Assembly (NCBI GenBank): GCA_963780185.1
Contig: CAWABA010000001.1
Coordinates: 64,001-128,000 of the forward strand
Length of the DNA: 64,000 bases
From: Candidatus Bathyarchaeota archaeon
GTDB lineage: Archaea > Thermoproteota > Bathyarchaeia > Bathyarchaeales > Bathycorpusculaceae
Direction of reading: 5' to 3'
Within the stretch, counting starts at the first letter, position 1. Each line of letters starts with the position of its first letter. The translations under genes and the position numbers were made by a program. Shown one piece after another: positions 29,630-40,534 of this stretch. Below the pieces are notes generated by a model. That model saw only the letters and a program-made list of their open reading frames with translations, had not been told where the DNA came from and ran no database searches.

Positions 29630-30751
29630 TTACTGTTTCTTGAAGTAATTTGGATCTTCCCGCAGAACTTTCGGAATGTAGTTGCAGGCTGGGTCAGACT
29701 CGAACAGGTCACCTGTATAGTATTCGGCTCTTGTTCTGCATCCGCCGCAGATTTCCCGGTACTCGCAGATTCCGCATCTGCCTTTGAGGTTGCTTTTGTC
29801 GCGCAGCTTTAGGTGCAGTTCGCTCTTCTGCAGTTCTTCCCATGCAGTGCGAAGTTTCTTGTCTTTGACGTTGCCGATACGGTAGCCTTCGTGGAAGCCG
29901 CAGCTTCGGTAGTCGCCGTTTTCGGTTATGCCAATGTAGTTGCCGCCGATGGTGCATTTGCCAAGGTAGCCTTCGTTGTACCATTGCCAGAAGTCAACTG
30001 GGTTTTTTTGGCGTACGATGCGGGCGTAGAAGGGCGCGTAGACGTTGACTTTTACTTTACCGTAGAGTTTGCGTTGGATATCATAGATTTCATTGAATGC
30101 TACTTCGTATTGGTCTGGTGTTGGAGCTATTTCCTCCATGTGTTCGCCTGCTCTGCCGACTGGAACCAAGTTATGGTAGACAAGCATGCGGGCTTTGTAT
30201 TTTTCAGCCAACATAGCGGGATGAGCCATCTTGTCAATGTTAAACTTAGTCATAGTTGTGACTAAGCAGTCTAGGAGGCCAACGCTGCTAAGTTTCTCCA
30301 TGGCATGTATGGCTTGGTCGTAGCCGCCCTTGCGCCTAATTTTGTCGTTTGACTCTTTATCGCCGTCAATGCTGATTGCTGTGTGAACTTGATATTTACG
30401 CAATAGGTCAAAACGTTTCTCGTCCCATGCATAGCCGCTTGTGATCAAGCTGACTTTCATATCATGCTTTTTCTCTGCGTATTCAATAACTTCCCATACG
30501 TCAGGCCGAATCAAAGGTTCTCCGCCGCTGATTCCTAGCCATTGTGAACCGAACTCGGCCATTTCATCAACCATGTGTTTGGCTTGCTCGGTGTTTAGTT
30601 CTTGATCTTTAGCATATTCTTTGATGTAACTGCAATATGTGCAACTGCCTACACAGTTACGGGTACACCGCCAAACAACCATGAATAATGGGGCTGTGAT
30701 TGGATTCATTGAATTGCTCATTGAATTCCCAGTGTCAAGGTAAATTCGCAT
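29630..30751 (-). CDS. Radical SAM/SPASM protein, AhbD/NirJ-like, paralog of 10993-12090
   Basis: CVGSCTYC, SGGEPL, SIDG, NLVPVGRA, GRCGICEYREICGGCRTRA...DPAC. True start may be MNPITAP. Confidence 0.85.
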   Translation of the reverse strand: MRIYLDTGNSMSNSMNPITAPLFMVVWRCTRNCVGSCTYCSYIKEYAKDQELNTEQAKHMVDEMAEFGSQWLGISGGEPLIRPDVWEVIEYAEKKHDMKVSLITSGYAWDEKRFDLLRKYQVHTAISIDGDKESNDKIRRKGGYDQAIHAMEKLSSVGLLDCLVTTMTKFNIDKMAHPAMLAEKYKARMLVYHNLVPVGRAGEHMEEIAPTPDQYEVAFNEIYDIQRKLYGKVKVNVYAPFYARIVRQKNPVDFWQWYNEGYLGKCTIGGNYIGITENGDYRSCGFHEGYRIGNVKDKKLRTAWEELQKSELHLKLRDKSNLKGRCGICEYREICGGCRTRAEYYTGDLFESDPACNYIPKVLREDPNYFKKQ

Positions 30752-30833
30752 ATGCGATATAAAACTTGCTCCTAGAAGGCAAAGTTTGTTTTGAATTAAA
30801 AGATTGCAGAAAGCGATTTTAGTCGAGCTTAAT

Positions 30834-31337
30834 TTAAGCTTTATTTTCCCTTATCGAGTTAGAGTCGTTCTTTATGATGATTTTTTCTTGCTGGGTATGA
30901 TGGGCTTTTCTAATTTGAAGAAGTCCTTCAACGGTAAAAACGGATAAGGCGAACACTGTTATGAGAATTATCACCAGAAAGAAAACTTTGAATTCGTAAG
31001 TTTCAACTGGGTAATGCACAACTAAAATTACTGCTTCAACGGCGAGAATGGCTAGAAAAACGATTGAGTAACGCCACAGTTTAGGCATTAAACGGCTGCC
31101 AACCCAGACATATCCTGAAACCCTTGCCTTATTCTTAGTTATGTATTCTCCGTACGCGTTTTTTTGCAGGTAGCCCAGGTCTTCAAGTTTCTGTAGGTGT
31201 CTATATGCCACGCTTGGGCTGCTGAGGTTTGCGGCTTTCATAACTTCCCTGGGCCCGACGGGTTTGCCTATCTTTAAAACGTGCAAGTACACGTCTAAAG
31301 TTATGCCTTCCAACTCTTCATTGTCTGTCTTACCCAT
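30834..31337 (-). CDS. Membrane-anchored winged-HTH regulator
   Basis: VGPREVMKAANLSSPSVAYRHLQKLEDLG followed by two hydrophobic helices. Confidence 0.75.
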   Translation of the reverse strand: MGKTDNEELEGITLDVYLHVLKIGKPVGPREVMKAANLSSPSVAYRHLQKLEDLGYLQKNAYGEYITKNKARVSGYVWVGSRLMPKLWRYSIVFLAILAVEAVILVVHYPVETYEFKVFFLVIILITVFALSVFTVEGLLQIRKAHHTQQEKIIIKNDSNSIRENKA

Positions 31338-31609
31338 GGCTTAGTCTCTAGGTAGAAGGATAAGTAAAAGCTTATCCGTATTAGGTTTGTTCAAGCGCAG
31401 GCAAATCTTTCCGATGCTTTTTCTTAGAATTCATTTTCAAAAGGATGCGCAAACGTTGAAACAATTTTCCAAACAGAAACTCTGTATTTTCTTTTAAAGA
31501 AGCATATCTTCCGTAAAGATTGCGATGCTTTCATCACATGTTGAGAAAGTCTTATTAAACCAACCAGCGCTAAATTGAACTCAGAAATCAAAAGGAGAAC
31601 AAGTGAATA

Positions 31610-33005
31610 ATGTCTAAACCTAAAGAATATTCATGGATGACTAAAGATAAACTAATGACATACACCTTTTTTGCGTTGCTCATACTCACCATCATAACAG
31701 CTGCTCTTTGGTCACAGGAAAAAACCCCTTCAGGCTGGAACCTCGGAGTTACATTGGCAATCAACGCTGTAATCGCTGTCGGCCTCGCGGTTGGACTGGA
31801 TGCGTTTCTGAATAAGATTACCGCCGACAGCCCACTCAACCTGCTGTCTGCCGCTGTTTTCGGCTTAATCGTCACCGATTGCTATGTGCTCGGTGTCCCC
31901 ACTCATGACCACACCTGGTTTTGATCTGTTCCCTCTGGAGGCACCTCAATGTTTCGTCTTTGTCGCTGCAATGTCTCATGATAGGCTTGGTCGTTTTCAA
32001 GAAGCTTGTCGGTATTACAGGCAGAAAATATCGTTAACCCGCTGCAGCTGCAAAACTCATCCTCATGATACCCTTCATCGGCACGTTGCTGCTGGCAATT
32101 GACCACATGAAAAGCGGTTTGCTTAAAGTACCTTCTCTCGCAGGTCCAATTGGATTAACCGACGTAGTGAACGGCAATGGAGGCGGAACGGGATATCCTG
32201 GATTTGGCGCGTACATGCGCAGTTGCTTCGCTAATGCGAACCTCTCGAATTCCAACAACGACTATGAACAATTTGCTTCCAAGCAATGTTTTTGGACAAG
32301 TTCCACGGATGGCCCTGGCGGAGCATCGACAATCGCGGTTCTCATCGTCGGCATAGCCTTCTTTGTCGTCGCACGCAGATACGTTAAATGGAGAATTACA
32401 GTCAGCTACATTGTCGTGGTCGCTGTGCTTTCGGTGATTTTCTCTGCAGCTTACGGTGACGCAGGGGTTCAGGCTACCTTGTGCGATTGCTGTTCCTGCT
32501 GTTCATCGGCAGCTCAATATTCTTGGCGTTCTTCATGGCAACGGATCCTGCAACAACCCCGTTAACCTACATGGGACAGATGATCTTCGGTGTCGGCACG
32601 GCAATATTAACGGTGCTTATGGTTACTTACCTGCAGTTCTTCGGAGCCTCTTTCGTAGCGCTAGTTATCATGAACCTGACGGTGCCTGCACTTGACAAAG
32701 TCGGCAGAATGAAGCCTACAACTGAATCTAAAGAGCCTAAACTGCCTAAAGCCCAAGCATTCGCTGCTGACAAAGTCAAAGAATACCAGTGTATGAGATG
32801 CGGCGCATGTATGAGAGTTTGCTGCCACGGATTAAGCCCGATACTGATTAAGCAGGCATTTGACAAGATGAATTTCGACGCTATGAGCAAGCTAAACGCT
32901 GATTATTGCACCGGATGCGGTCACTGCACTTACGTTTGCCCCTCAAGAATCGACCTCAGAAAAGCTGTACTGCAATCTAAAGGCATGCTTAGGCAACAAG
33001 AGTAA
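31610..33005 (+). CDS. rnfD: RnfD/NqrB-family membrane protein fused to a 2x[4Fe-4S] ferredoxin domain (several frameshifts)
   Basis: SAAVFGLI, GG.STIAVLIVG, AFFMATDPATTP (RnfD hallmark), then CMRCGACMRVC and CTGCGHCTYVCPSRIDL. Confidence 0.75.
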
Positions 33006-33193
33006 ACCCAATTTCCTTAATCTTTTCTTTTCTTTTATCTTTCTTTTCTGCCAGAATACAGGCTTGCCCAAGACAGGTCTCTGCTTTTGTTTTCTAGGCT
33101 AAATACTTGCCGCTTTGGGGTTTTTGCATGTCAAGCTTGCAAGCATTAAGCTTATTAACATGCCACCACGTAAATAGTTCCAAGGGATAAAAA

Positions 33194-33905
33194 TTGGAAA
33201 CACCAAAATTTAAACTGGCTGACATATTCTACGGCATAATAATACCGCTAATTCTTGTGTTCCTCATCTACTTCCTCGCAATCGAAATTAACCCAACCGG
33301 ATCTGCTCACGTCCTCGGCAACACGGCGGCCAGGCGCTACAATCGGAATCATTTTCACTCAAGGCTTTGCTTCAATGATTATTCTCGGAGTCCCACTGAT
33401 TCTTGGGTTGCTATGGAATAAATGGGCTGGCGGTGCAGCTGGCTTCATCACTGGAGGCGCATACTACCTCGCCAGCGCAGGATACTCCAACGGATCCTAT
33501 GCTCTCTATAACGTCTTCACCTACAACTTCTACGGCGACATGAGCATGCTCGGATACCTCGTCATGGCTATTATCATAGGCTATATGGCTGGTGCATTAA
33601 ACAACGGATCGACGAACTTCAAACGAATGCTAGGTGCAGGCTTGACTGCTGCAATAATAACAGCTTTGATCCAATTCTACTTGAACTATAATTTTTCATT
33701 AGCACCCGGTCAATCCATGGCTCATGGACTTTGGGCGATAAAGGATAGTGCAGGAAATGCGATCCTACCTTTGCAATACAATGCGGGCTCCATTTTGTAC
33801 GGATTCACGTTAGCCTTCATCCCAAGCATTGCCTTAGGAGTGATAGTACCAATCCTTGCGAAAGTAATGACTTGGTATGGGCTTCAGCCAGTAAGGCATC
33901 AATAA
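33194..33905 (+). CDS. Multi-pass membrane protein, possibly ECF S-component-like (frameshift near 33330)
   Basis: About six TM helices including GVPLILGLLWNKWAGGAAGFITG; two overlapping ORFs join. Confidence 0.55.
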
Positions 33906-34007
33906 AATCCCTATTTCCCTTTTCTTTTTTAATTTCAGAAACTTCCCGACTTCCTGTTTGACCCATAGTTGGGTTCTGCTTTTGAAAACCTCCGCCATTT
34001 TTCCACG

Positions 34008-34188
34008 TCATTTTTGTGGTGGGTTTTGGTTGTAAAAATGGGGGACCCTCCCGTAGTAGGCTGCTTCTGTTGGCTTGTTTTGGGTTGCTTTTTGGGTTTG
34101 GGGTATTGTTTCTATTTGTGGGCTTGGCTTGGTTGCTCCGAGAAAAATGGGCGTTTTTGCGTGGAGTTTTGGAATATTCCAAAAGTTT
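34008..34188 (-). repeat. Dispersed intergenic element, copy 4 of 5
   Basis: Perfect palindrome TTTTGGAATATTCCAAAA (34167-34184); minus strand reads CAACCCAAAACAAGCC ... CGGGAGGGTCCCCCATTTTTACAACCAAAACCCACCACAAAAATGA. Confidence 0.88.
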
Positions 34189-34486
34189 AGCGATGTGCCT
34201 AGAGTCGGCTATTGCCAGACGCATCGACGCTTAGTAACCCAAGGGCTTTCGGCGCTTGCATGCGCTGGAAGAGTCTCGACCGAAAAAATCAATACTGCAA
34301 CAGCCATGATTCCAACACATATTTTTGCTCTATCAATCGCCATCGGCACCGCACACAGTACATGCAGTGTGAACCCGATTAGCTCTTCCCAAAGAACAGT
34401 GTTCCGCACAGGGAAGGGTGCAGACGCAAGGGTTTTTATGGCTTGACTTCTAATTGCGAAGTATCCAAAATCGGAGAAACAGCAGG

Positions 34487-36048
34487 TTGCCAGCCGACTT
34501 AACCTTCATCAACGGAAAAATCAGAACTATGAACCCGCAGCAACCCGAAGCTCAAGCCGTGGCTGTGAGGCGAGGCAAAATCGTCAGGGTCGGCAGCGAC
34601 GAAGAGGTACAGCAGCTAATCGGCAAAGCCACCCAAGTCGTTGACCTCTGCGGCAAAACCGTGGTTCCAGGCTTAATCGACACTCACATCCACGTGGCAG
34701 ACTTCGGCAGATGCCTCCTCTGGCTCGACCTGACTGAGGCAGATTCAATCGGGATGCTTCAGCGTCTGCTCAAAGAAAAGGCTAGGCAAATGCAAGCTGG
34801 CAAATGGATTATCGGTCGCGGCTGGAACGAAACCCGATTTGTGGAAAAACGTCTCCCAAACGTCTCGGACCTAGACGCGGCTGCACCTGACAACCCTGTA
34901 ATTCTTTATCGTGAAGCCGCCATGACATGTGCCGTCAATTCCAAAGCCATCGCGCTCGCAGGCGTATCGGAGAAAACCGTCGTGCCCCAAGGCGGCGCCG
35001 TCGACAAAAACCCCAAAACAGGTGAGCTAACAGGTATTTTTCGGGACACCGCCACCAGCCTAATCTGGAAAGCCGTTCCTGAGCCGACAGTTGATGAGCT
35101 TGTGGATGCGTCGGCGTTGGCTTGCCAAAAAATCGCAGAAGCAGGAATAACCAGCATCCACTGGATACTGATTTCGCAGGGCGAACTCGCAATAGCCCAG
35201 CGGCTTGACGCAGAAGGAAAGCTTCCCATAAGGGTCAACGTCATAGTTCCCTGCGAGTTCCTCAAAGAAGCAGACGGGTTCAAGCCAAAAGACCCCTCGA
35301 TGCTTCACTTAGCTGGGGTTTTCATCACAACCGACGGGTACTTGGATTCAAAAACCGCAGCCCTAACCCAGCCGTACAGTGACGACCCAGTCAACAGCGG
35401 CAAAATGCTCCTAACCCAGCAAGAACTGGCAGCTTCCGTCGCCAAAGTTTTGGGTTTGGGTCTTCAACCCGTCCTCCACGCCATGGGCGACAAAGCCATC
35501 GACACGGCGCTAAAAGTCATCGAGCAAACCAAACCCGCCGAAGGCATCCGTTTTCGAATTGAGCAGGCGGCAGTTCTGAACACGGGTTTAATCAAGCGCC
35601 TCAAAGTCTCAGGCGCCGTAGTCACAGTTCAGCCAACCGTTATTTCCACGGAGTTTGCGGTTTGGTCGGCTTTGGCGCGTCTTGGCTTGGATAGGGCTGA
35701 GGCTTCTTCACCCACTTAAGACCCTTCTGAACGCAGGCATCAAGGTTGCAGGCGGCTCAGACTGCCCAATGGAGCCCCTAAGCCCAATGCTTGGCATACA
35801 AGAAGCCGTCCAAAGAGCCAGTTTCCCCGAGCAACGCCTAACCGTCGGAAGAAGCCCTCCGCATGTACACCGTCGACGCAGCCTACTGCTCCGGCGAAGA
35901 AAACATGAAAGGTACAATCGAAGAGGGAAAAGTTGCGGATTTAACGGTACTTTCGGAAGACCCATTTACGTCTGCAGCGGAAAAAATCAAGGACATCAGC
36001 GTTGAAATGACCGTCATCAACGGGAAAACCGTTTTCAGCAAGCTCTAG
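34487..36048 (+). CDS. Amidohydrolase 3 family (YtcJ-like) metal-dependent hydrolase (two frameshifts)
   Basis: VVPGLIDTHIH, GRGWNE, HAMGDKA, RIEQA, GGSDCPME, GTIEEGKVADLTVL. Confidence 0.85.
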
Positions 36049-36052
36049 ATTT

Positions 36053-36319
36053 CTAATCAATTTGCGGTTTGCCGTGTTCAGCCTTTGTGAGTTCAGCGAC
36101 TATTCGCCAAAGGAAGAACCCGAAGGCGCTGACAAAAAACATGGCGATGGTAAAGTTGTCTGTTCTTATGTTTAGAAGGTGGGAAACAGGCAACGGTAGC
36201 CATTCAGGGTGGGTAATCTGTATGACTACGCCGTCTAGCCATGCGAGGAAACCGAAAAAGAACAACATCTCCCCAACAACCTTGACTATAAGTGTTAATC
36301 GGCTGGAAGAAACATTCAT
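36053..36319 (-). CDS. Small two-TM membrane protein
   Basis: 88 aa ORF with two hydrophobic helices and TTATAA upstream. Confidence 0.6.
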   Translation of the reverse strand: MNVSSSRLTLIVKVVGEMLFFFGFLAWLDGVVIQITHPEWLPLPVSHLLNIRTDNFTIAMFFVSAFGFFLWRIVAELTKAEHGKPQID

Positions 36320-36567
36320 GCTTAAGATTGAACCTGAAACGACATTATAAAACTTGCTGGAATCTTTGAACCCTCTTCCATCTGCATCTATCTACTGCTC
36401 CACCTGCCGAGATAGAGTAAAATCTGGGCTTTCTAGCGGGCGCTCCACCTTAAACCAATTTTTCTAAAGACGGTAACTGCCTTTTTTGTTAATTGTTGTA
36501 GGCAAGGCGTGACAACAAACGCTAATACGCTTGGCGGGTACTGTACCGTACGGTAAAGTGTATTCGA

Positions 36568-36696
36568 ATGGCTAGATGCCCTAATTGTCATGAAGAGGTT
36601 CTAAAACCTCAAGTTGTATTAGAAAACAGCTGTTTCACAATCCAATCCTTCACTTGCAATGAATGCAAAGAAAAATTCAAAATAATAATGAACTAA
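36568..36696 (+). CDS. 42-aa zinc-ribbon protein, Cren7-like (not in ORF track)
   Basis: Translates to MARCPNCHEEVLKPQVVLENSCFTIQSFTCNECKEKFKIIMN, with CxxC...CxxC. Confidence 0.7.
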   Translation: MARCPNCHEEVLKPQVVLENSCFTIQSFTCNECKEKFKIIMN

Positions 36697-36774
36697 AGGC
36701 TATTTCTCCGATAAATTTCCAGATTGCTAACACCTATTTTTTAGCTTTAAAAAAGAAACGCCTAATTCTTGTCG

Positions 36775-38223
36775 CTATTTTATTTTGAGTAGTATTTTGG
36801 CGGTTTTCTTGGGGTGGCGGATAGCCCTTGCGATTTTGGCTCTGGTGAAGGTTGGGTTTGCCATGTTTGCTCGCATGCATAGAACCTGTAGGTCCTGCGC
36901 CGTGAATTCAGGGGTTTCAATCAGGGGTTCCGTGGCTGCTAAGGCGTAGTCGCAGAAGCCTTCTCTTAGGTATCCGCCCTGCTTCGCCTGTTCGTAGAGC
37001 GCTGTGCCGTAGACGGGCATAGCTATGCTAAAGATGAGGCTGTCGGCGCCGAGGCTTCGGAGTTTGTAGGCGAATTTTATGGTTTCTTCGATGTCAGCTT
37101 TGGTTTCGCCAATCAACCCGAGGACGAAGAAGCAGCCGACTTTGACGCCGACTTTTTTACATAAAATAACCGCGTTCTCAACAGCCTTCAAATCTAAGCT
37201 TTTCCCGATAACATCGTTGACAACTCGTTGGACTCCTGATTCTGGGGCAACACGGATTTTCTTGCAGCCTGCCCGCTTCATTTTTCGAAGCAAAGTTTCA
37301 TCCAGTGTGTCTGCACGAATGCCGTTCGGCGTAAACCATTCAAAATGCAAGCCTCTCTCGACGATTTGGTCGCAGATGTCTGCCATGCGCTTCTTGTCCA
37401 GCGTCATGTTCTCGTCGTAGAAGTCAATCTGCTTGACCCCGTAAGTCTTCACGACCGATTCAAGCTCGTCTACGACGTTTTTTGGGCTTCTGCCACGCCA
37501 AGTTCTTCCCCAAACCACGAAGTTTGAGCAGAAAACGCACTTGTACGGGCATCCTCTGCTGGTTGTCACGATTGTCCACGGTTTGCTTATCTCGCCTCTT
37601 AGCGGGTTCTCTTTGACGGCTTCGTTGTAAACCTTCATGGGAAGCAGATGCCTAGCGGGAAACGGCAGATAATCCAAATCCGCAATTAAAGTACGTGGAC
37701 CTGTGAGAGTCGGCTTTCCATCCTTCATGAACCCTAAACCACCGATACCGTTGAAATTTTTCTTGCCTAACTCGAGAGCATCAATTAACTCTAAAATTGT
37801 GTTCTCAGGTTCACCTATGACAACGAAATCTACGTTGGAATCTTCAAGGCATGCTTCGGGTCTGGCGGAGGGATGCTGACCCATCAGCACGACCAAAATC
37901 TTCTTGTTAACCGCTTTAACTGCTTCAACTACTTCAAAAGCGGTTTTCGACCAGCCTGAAAAGGGAATTTCAATGATGACTATTTCGGGTCTCCATTGCC
38001 CTACGCGTTCAGCGATAGTTTGCGCACTTAAACCGACACGGTACTTGGTTTCGTCCATTTCCACAAGGTTTTTCCAGCCCTCAGTCGGCGCGTCGATAAT
38101 GCAGACGGCATTCTTTTTTTCCAAGACAGCAGCCACTGAAGCTAAGACTATGGGTGGAAAAACGTTTGGTTTACCCCACGCTTTAGGCTGTATACGCGGC
38201 GGATTAATCAAGCAAACACGCAT
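36775..38223 (-). CDS. Cobalamin-dependent radical SAM enzyme (#4)
   Basis: MRVCLINPP, GQHPS, IGEPE, SRGCPYKCVFC, APESG. Confidence 0.9.
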   Translation of the reverse strand: MRVCLINPPRIQPKAWGKPNVFPPIVLASVAAVLEKKNAVCIIDAPTEGWKNLVEMDETKYRVGLSAQTIAERVGQWRPEIVIIEIPFSGWSKTAFEVVEAVKAVNKKILVVLMGQHPSARPEACLEDSNVDFVVIGEPENTILELIDALELGKKNFNGIGGLGFMKDGKPTLTGPRTLIADLDYLPFPARHLLPMKVYNEAVKENPLRGEISKPWTIVTTSRGCPYKCVFCSNFVVWGRTWRGRSPKNVVDELESVVKTYGVKQIDFYDENMTLDKKRMADICDQIVERGLHFEWFTPNGIRADTLDETLLRKMKRAGCKKIRVAPESGVQRVVNDVIGKSLDLKAVENAVILCKKVGVKVGCFFVLGLIGETKADIEETIKFAYKLRSLGADSLIFSIAMPVYGTALYEQAKQGGYLREGFCDYALAATEPLIETPEFTAQDLQVLCMRANMANPTFTRAKIARAIRHPKKTAKILLKIK

Positions 38224-38276
38224 GCCGAGCACTTCTTAAGCCATAAGTACCCTTGGGGTTTGATTAAAACTTTGCA

Positions 38277-39272
38277 CTAAAACGGCAAAAAGTACAAACG
38301 CACGCCCACGATGACGCCGACGCAGATGAGCCCCCACAGAATAATCGTCACATCACGAATCCTCAAAGCACCCAGAATCTTCTCACCCGTCAGAGGCTCC
38401 TGGCTGTCGCCGAGAATGTATTGCCCAGGCTTTTCCAGTTGAATCCGTAGGGCCCCAGCCATCGCCGCCATCGGCCAACCGTGGTTTCTGCTCGGCGTTT
38501 TCTTATGGTCTCGGCGGGCGATTCTCCAAGCGTTCTTGGAGTCTTTCCGCAGAAGTGCAGCCGCCACAATCATGAGCAGGGCGGTGAGGCGTGTGGGTAT
38601 GTAGTTGACGACGGTGTCGAGGTTTGCGCTGAACCAGCCCGTGTTGATGTGTTCTTTGTCTTTGAAGCCAACCATTCCGTCAAGGGTGTTGATTGCTCGA
38701 AAAGCGATTGCGCCTGTGACGCCGAAGAGGGCGAAGGACATCATAGGTGAGAGTTTGAAGTCAATTAGGTTTTCAGCCATGGATTCGATGACTGCGCTGC
38801 CCATCTGCGCCCCGTTGAGGTTTGTTGAGTCTCGTCTTGAGAAATGACTGTATTTTTTTGCTTCATCAACCTCATCAGCTGCAATCGCTTTAGCCACGGC
38901 TTTCGCCCAGTCAGTTTCCAGCTTGATGCAGATAGTCATCTTCACTAAGATGATGCCGACGATGGCGTAGACGAAGATGCTGATGTAGGTGTAGATTGCC
39001 CACAAGCCAAAGTAGGCTGGGACGGCGAACGTGGCGATTACGGTTAAGCCGAGGAGGACGCCTAGGAATTTTTCGATTTTCGGGTTTGGGTTTTTGAAGT
39101 AAGGCTCAATTTTCTTGGTGAAATTGCCCATGACTACGGTGGGGTGAAGCTTGAAAACCCACTTCTCAGGGTAATTCGGCGACGGGTCCCCGACAGCCAA
39201 ATCTAACAGAATAGCCAAAGCCATGACGGCAACAGCGACTAATATGTTCAGTGCGGAGACGTTTGACACCAA
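38277..39272 (-). CDS. cbiB: Adenosylcobinamide-phosphate synthase CbiB
   Basis: LDLAVGDP, HP.V.MG, IESMAEN, RAINTLDGMVG, NYIPTR, PSRNHGWPMAAMAGAL.IQLEKPG.Y.LG. Confidence 0.92.
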   Translation of the reverse strand: MVSNVSALNILVAVAVMALAILLDLAVGDPSPNYPEKWVFKLHPTVVMGNFTKKIEPYFKNPNPKIEKFLGVLLGLTVIATFAVPAYFGLWAIYTYISIFVYAIVGIILVKMTICIKLETDWAKAVAKAIAADEVDEAKKYSHFSRRDSTNLNGAQMGSAVIESMAENLIDFKLSPMMSFALFGVTGAIAFRAINTLDGMVGFKDKEHINTGWFSANLDTVVNYIPTRLTALLMIVAAALLRKDSKNAWRIARRDHKKTPSRNHGWPMAAMAGALRIQLEKPGQYILGDSQEPLTGEKILGALRIRDVTIILWGLICVGVIVGVRLYFLPF

Positions 39273-39415
39273 CCAAGATTACGCTAAACAACGCCGCAAA
39301 AACTAATATCGATTACGGTTTGCGGTGGCGGCTGGGGGTGTGTTCCTGTTTTGGAACGTTTTGTTCCATGCGTAGAACTAAAAGCAGTCGCTGGCTATTG
39401 GTTGACGGTGAACCG

Positions 39416-40516
39416 ATGCGAAAAGGTTTCCTCTTAATCCTGTTAATATTGGCGGCTCTTAGCGTAGCTTGCGTCCTGCCAGTTAAAGCCCAGTTGGCGC
39501 AAACCATGCACATCAACACTGACGGCAGCGTTACCCCTTCAGGTTCCGCCATCGACCGAGTCGGGTCTACCTACACTTTAACCGCCGACTTGAGCAGCCC
39601 CATAATGGTTGAAGCAAACAACATTGTGCTGGACGGAGCAGGGTACACTCTTAGCGGTCCAAGCACAAGTGTACTCGTGAACAGCATTGGCGTAAACCTG
39701 ACCGCAGCCAACGTTACCGTGCAAAACATGCATGTAAGCAATTGGGGGGTCGGGGTGTTGGGCGCGTGGAACAACAACACGGTAGAAAACAACGTCTTCA
39801 CAGGTAACAACGAAGCTGTCGTCATTTACGGAGACACCTACGTCATACGCCAAAACAGCATAACAAACAGCACAACGGGACTATTCATTGACGGCGGCTT
39901 TCAACCACAAGGCGACAACATCCTCATAACTCAAAACCAAATAACAGAAAACAGTCAAGCATTCGACGTAACCAACAACAACATGGCAACTATTACAGGA
40001 AACAACGTGGCGGACAACGGTTTGATTTTGCTTCTTGCCACAAACACCGCAGGCACACTGCTTTACTACAACAATTTTACAAACAACCAACAAGTCCTGA
40101 CGATTCCGTTCGGGGGACCTACCGTGGAGGGTATTGTTCCGTTTTCGCCTGCTGGACAATGGGATAACGGGTCAGTTGGAAACTACTGGAGCGACTACAC
40201 GACAAGGTACCCTGATGCCGCGGAAATCGGTCACACGGGCATCGGCAACACTGCTTACGTAATCGTCAGCACCGTATCATACACGGAAGGCGACATAAGT
40301 GGAGTGGCAGTTTTGGGAAACGCTGCCGACAACTACCCGTTGATGGCGCCTGCCACGGTTTTGATCCAGCCGTCGCCAAACGCTTCTCCCGCCGCTTCAC
40401 CCGCGGTTCCAGAATATCCAACCTCAACGTTTCTGATGGTCTTGCTTGTCACAGCATGTTCGGCTGCTTTACTTATCTTTAAGCGCCAAGCAAAAAAGGT
40501 CAAATCGCAGGTTTAG
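39416..40516 (+). CDS. Secreted NosD/CASH parallel beta-helix protein with PEF-CTERM-like anchor
   Basis: Signal peptide MRKGFLL...VKA, NIVLDGAGYTL, Asn-rich beta-helix repeats, WDNG.VGNYWSDY, D.YPL, and VPEYP-TM-KR tail. Confidence 0.85.
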   Translation: MRKGFLLILLILAALSVACVLPVKAQLAQTMHINTDGSVTPSGSAIDRVGSTYTLTADLSSPIMVEANNIVLDGAGYTLSGPSTSVLVNSIGVNLTAANVTVQNMHVSNWGVGVLGAWNNNTVENNVFTGNNEAVVIYGDTYVIRQNSITNSTTGLFIDGGFQPQGDNILITQNQITENSQAFDVTNNNMATITGNNVADNGLILLLATNTAGTLLYYNNFTNNQQVLTIPFGGPTVEGIVPFSPAGQWDNGSVGNYWSDYTTRYPDAAEIGHTGIGNTAYVIVSTVSYTEGDISGVAVLGNAADNYPLMAPATVLIQPSPNASPAASPAVPEYPTSTFLMVLLVTACSAALLIFKRQAKKVKSQV

Positions 40517-40534
40517 GGGTGGCTGAGCGCTTTT

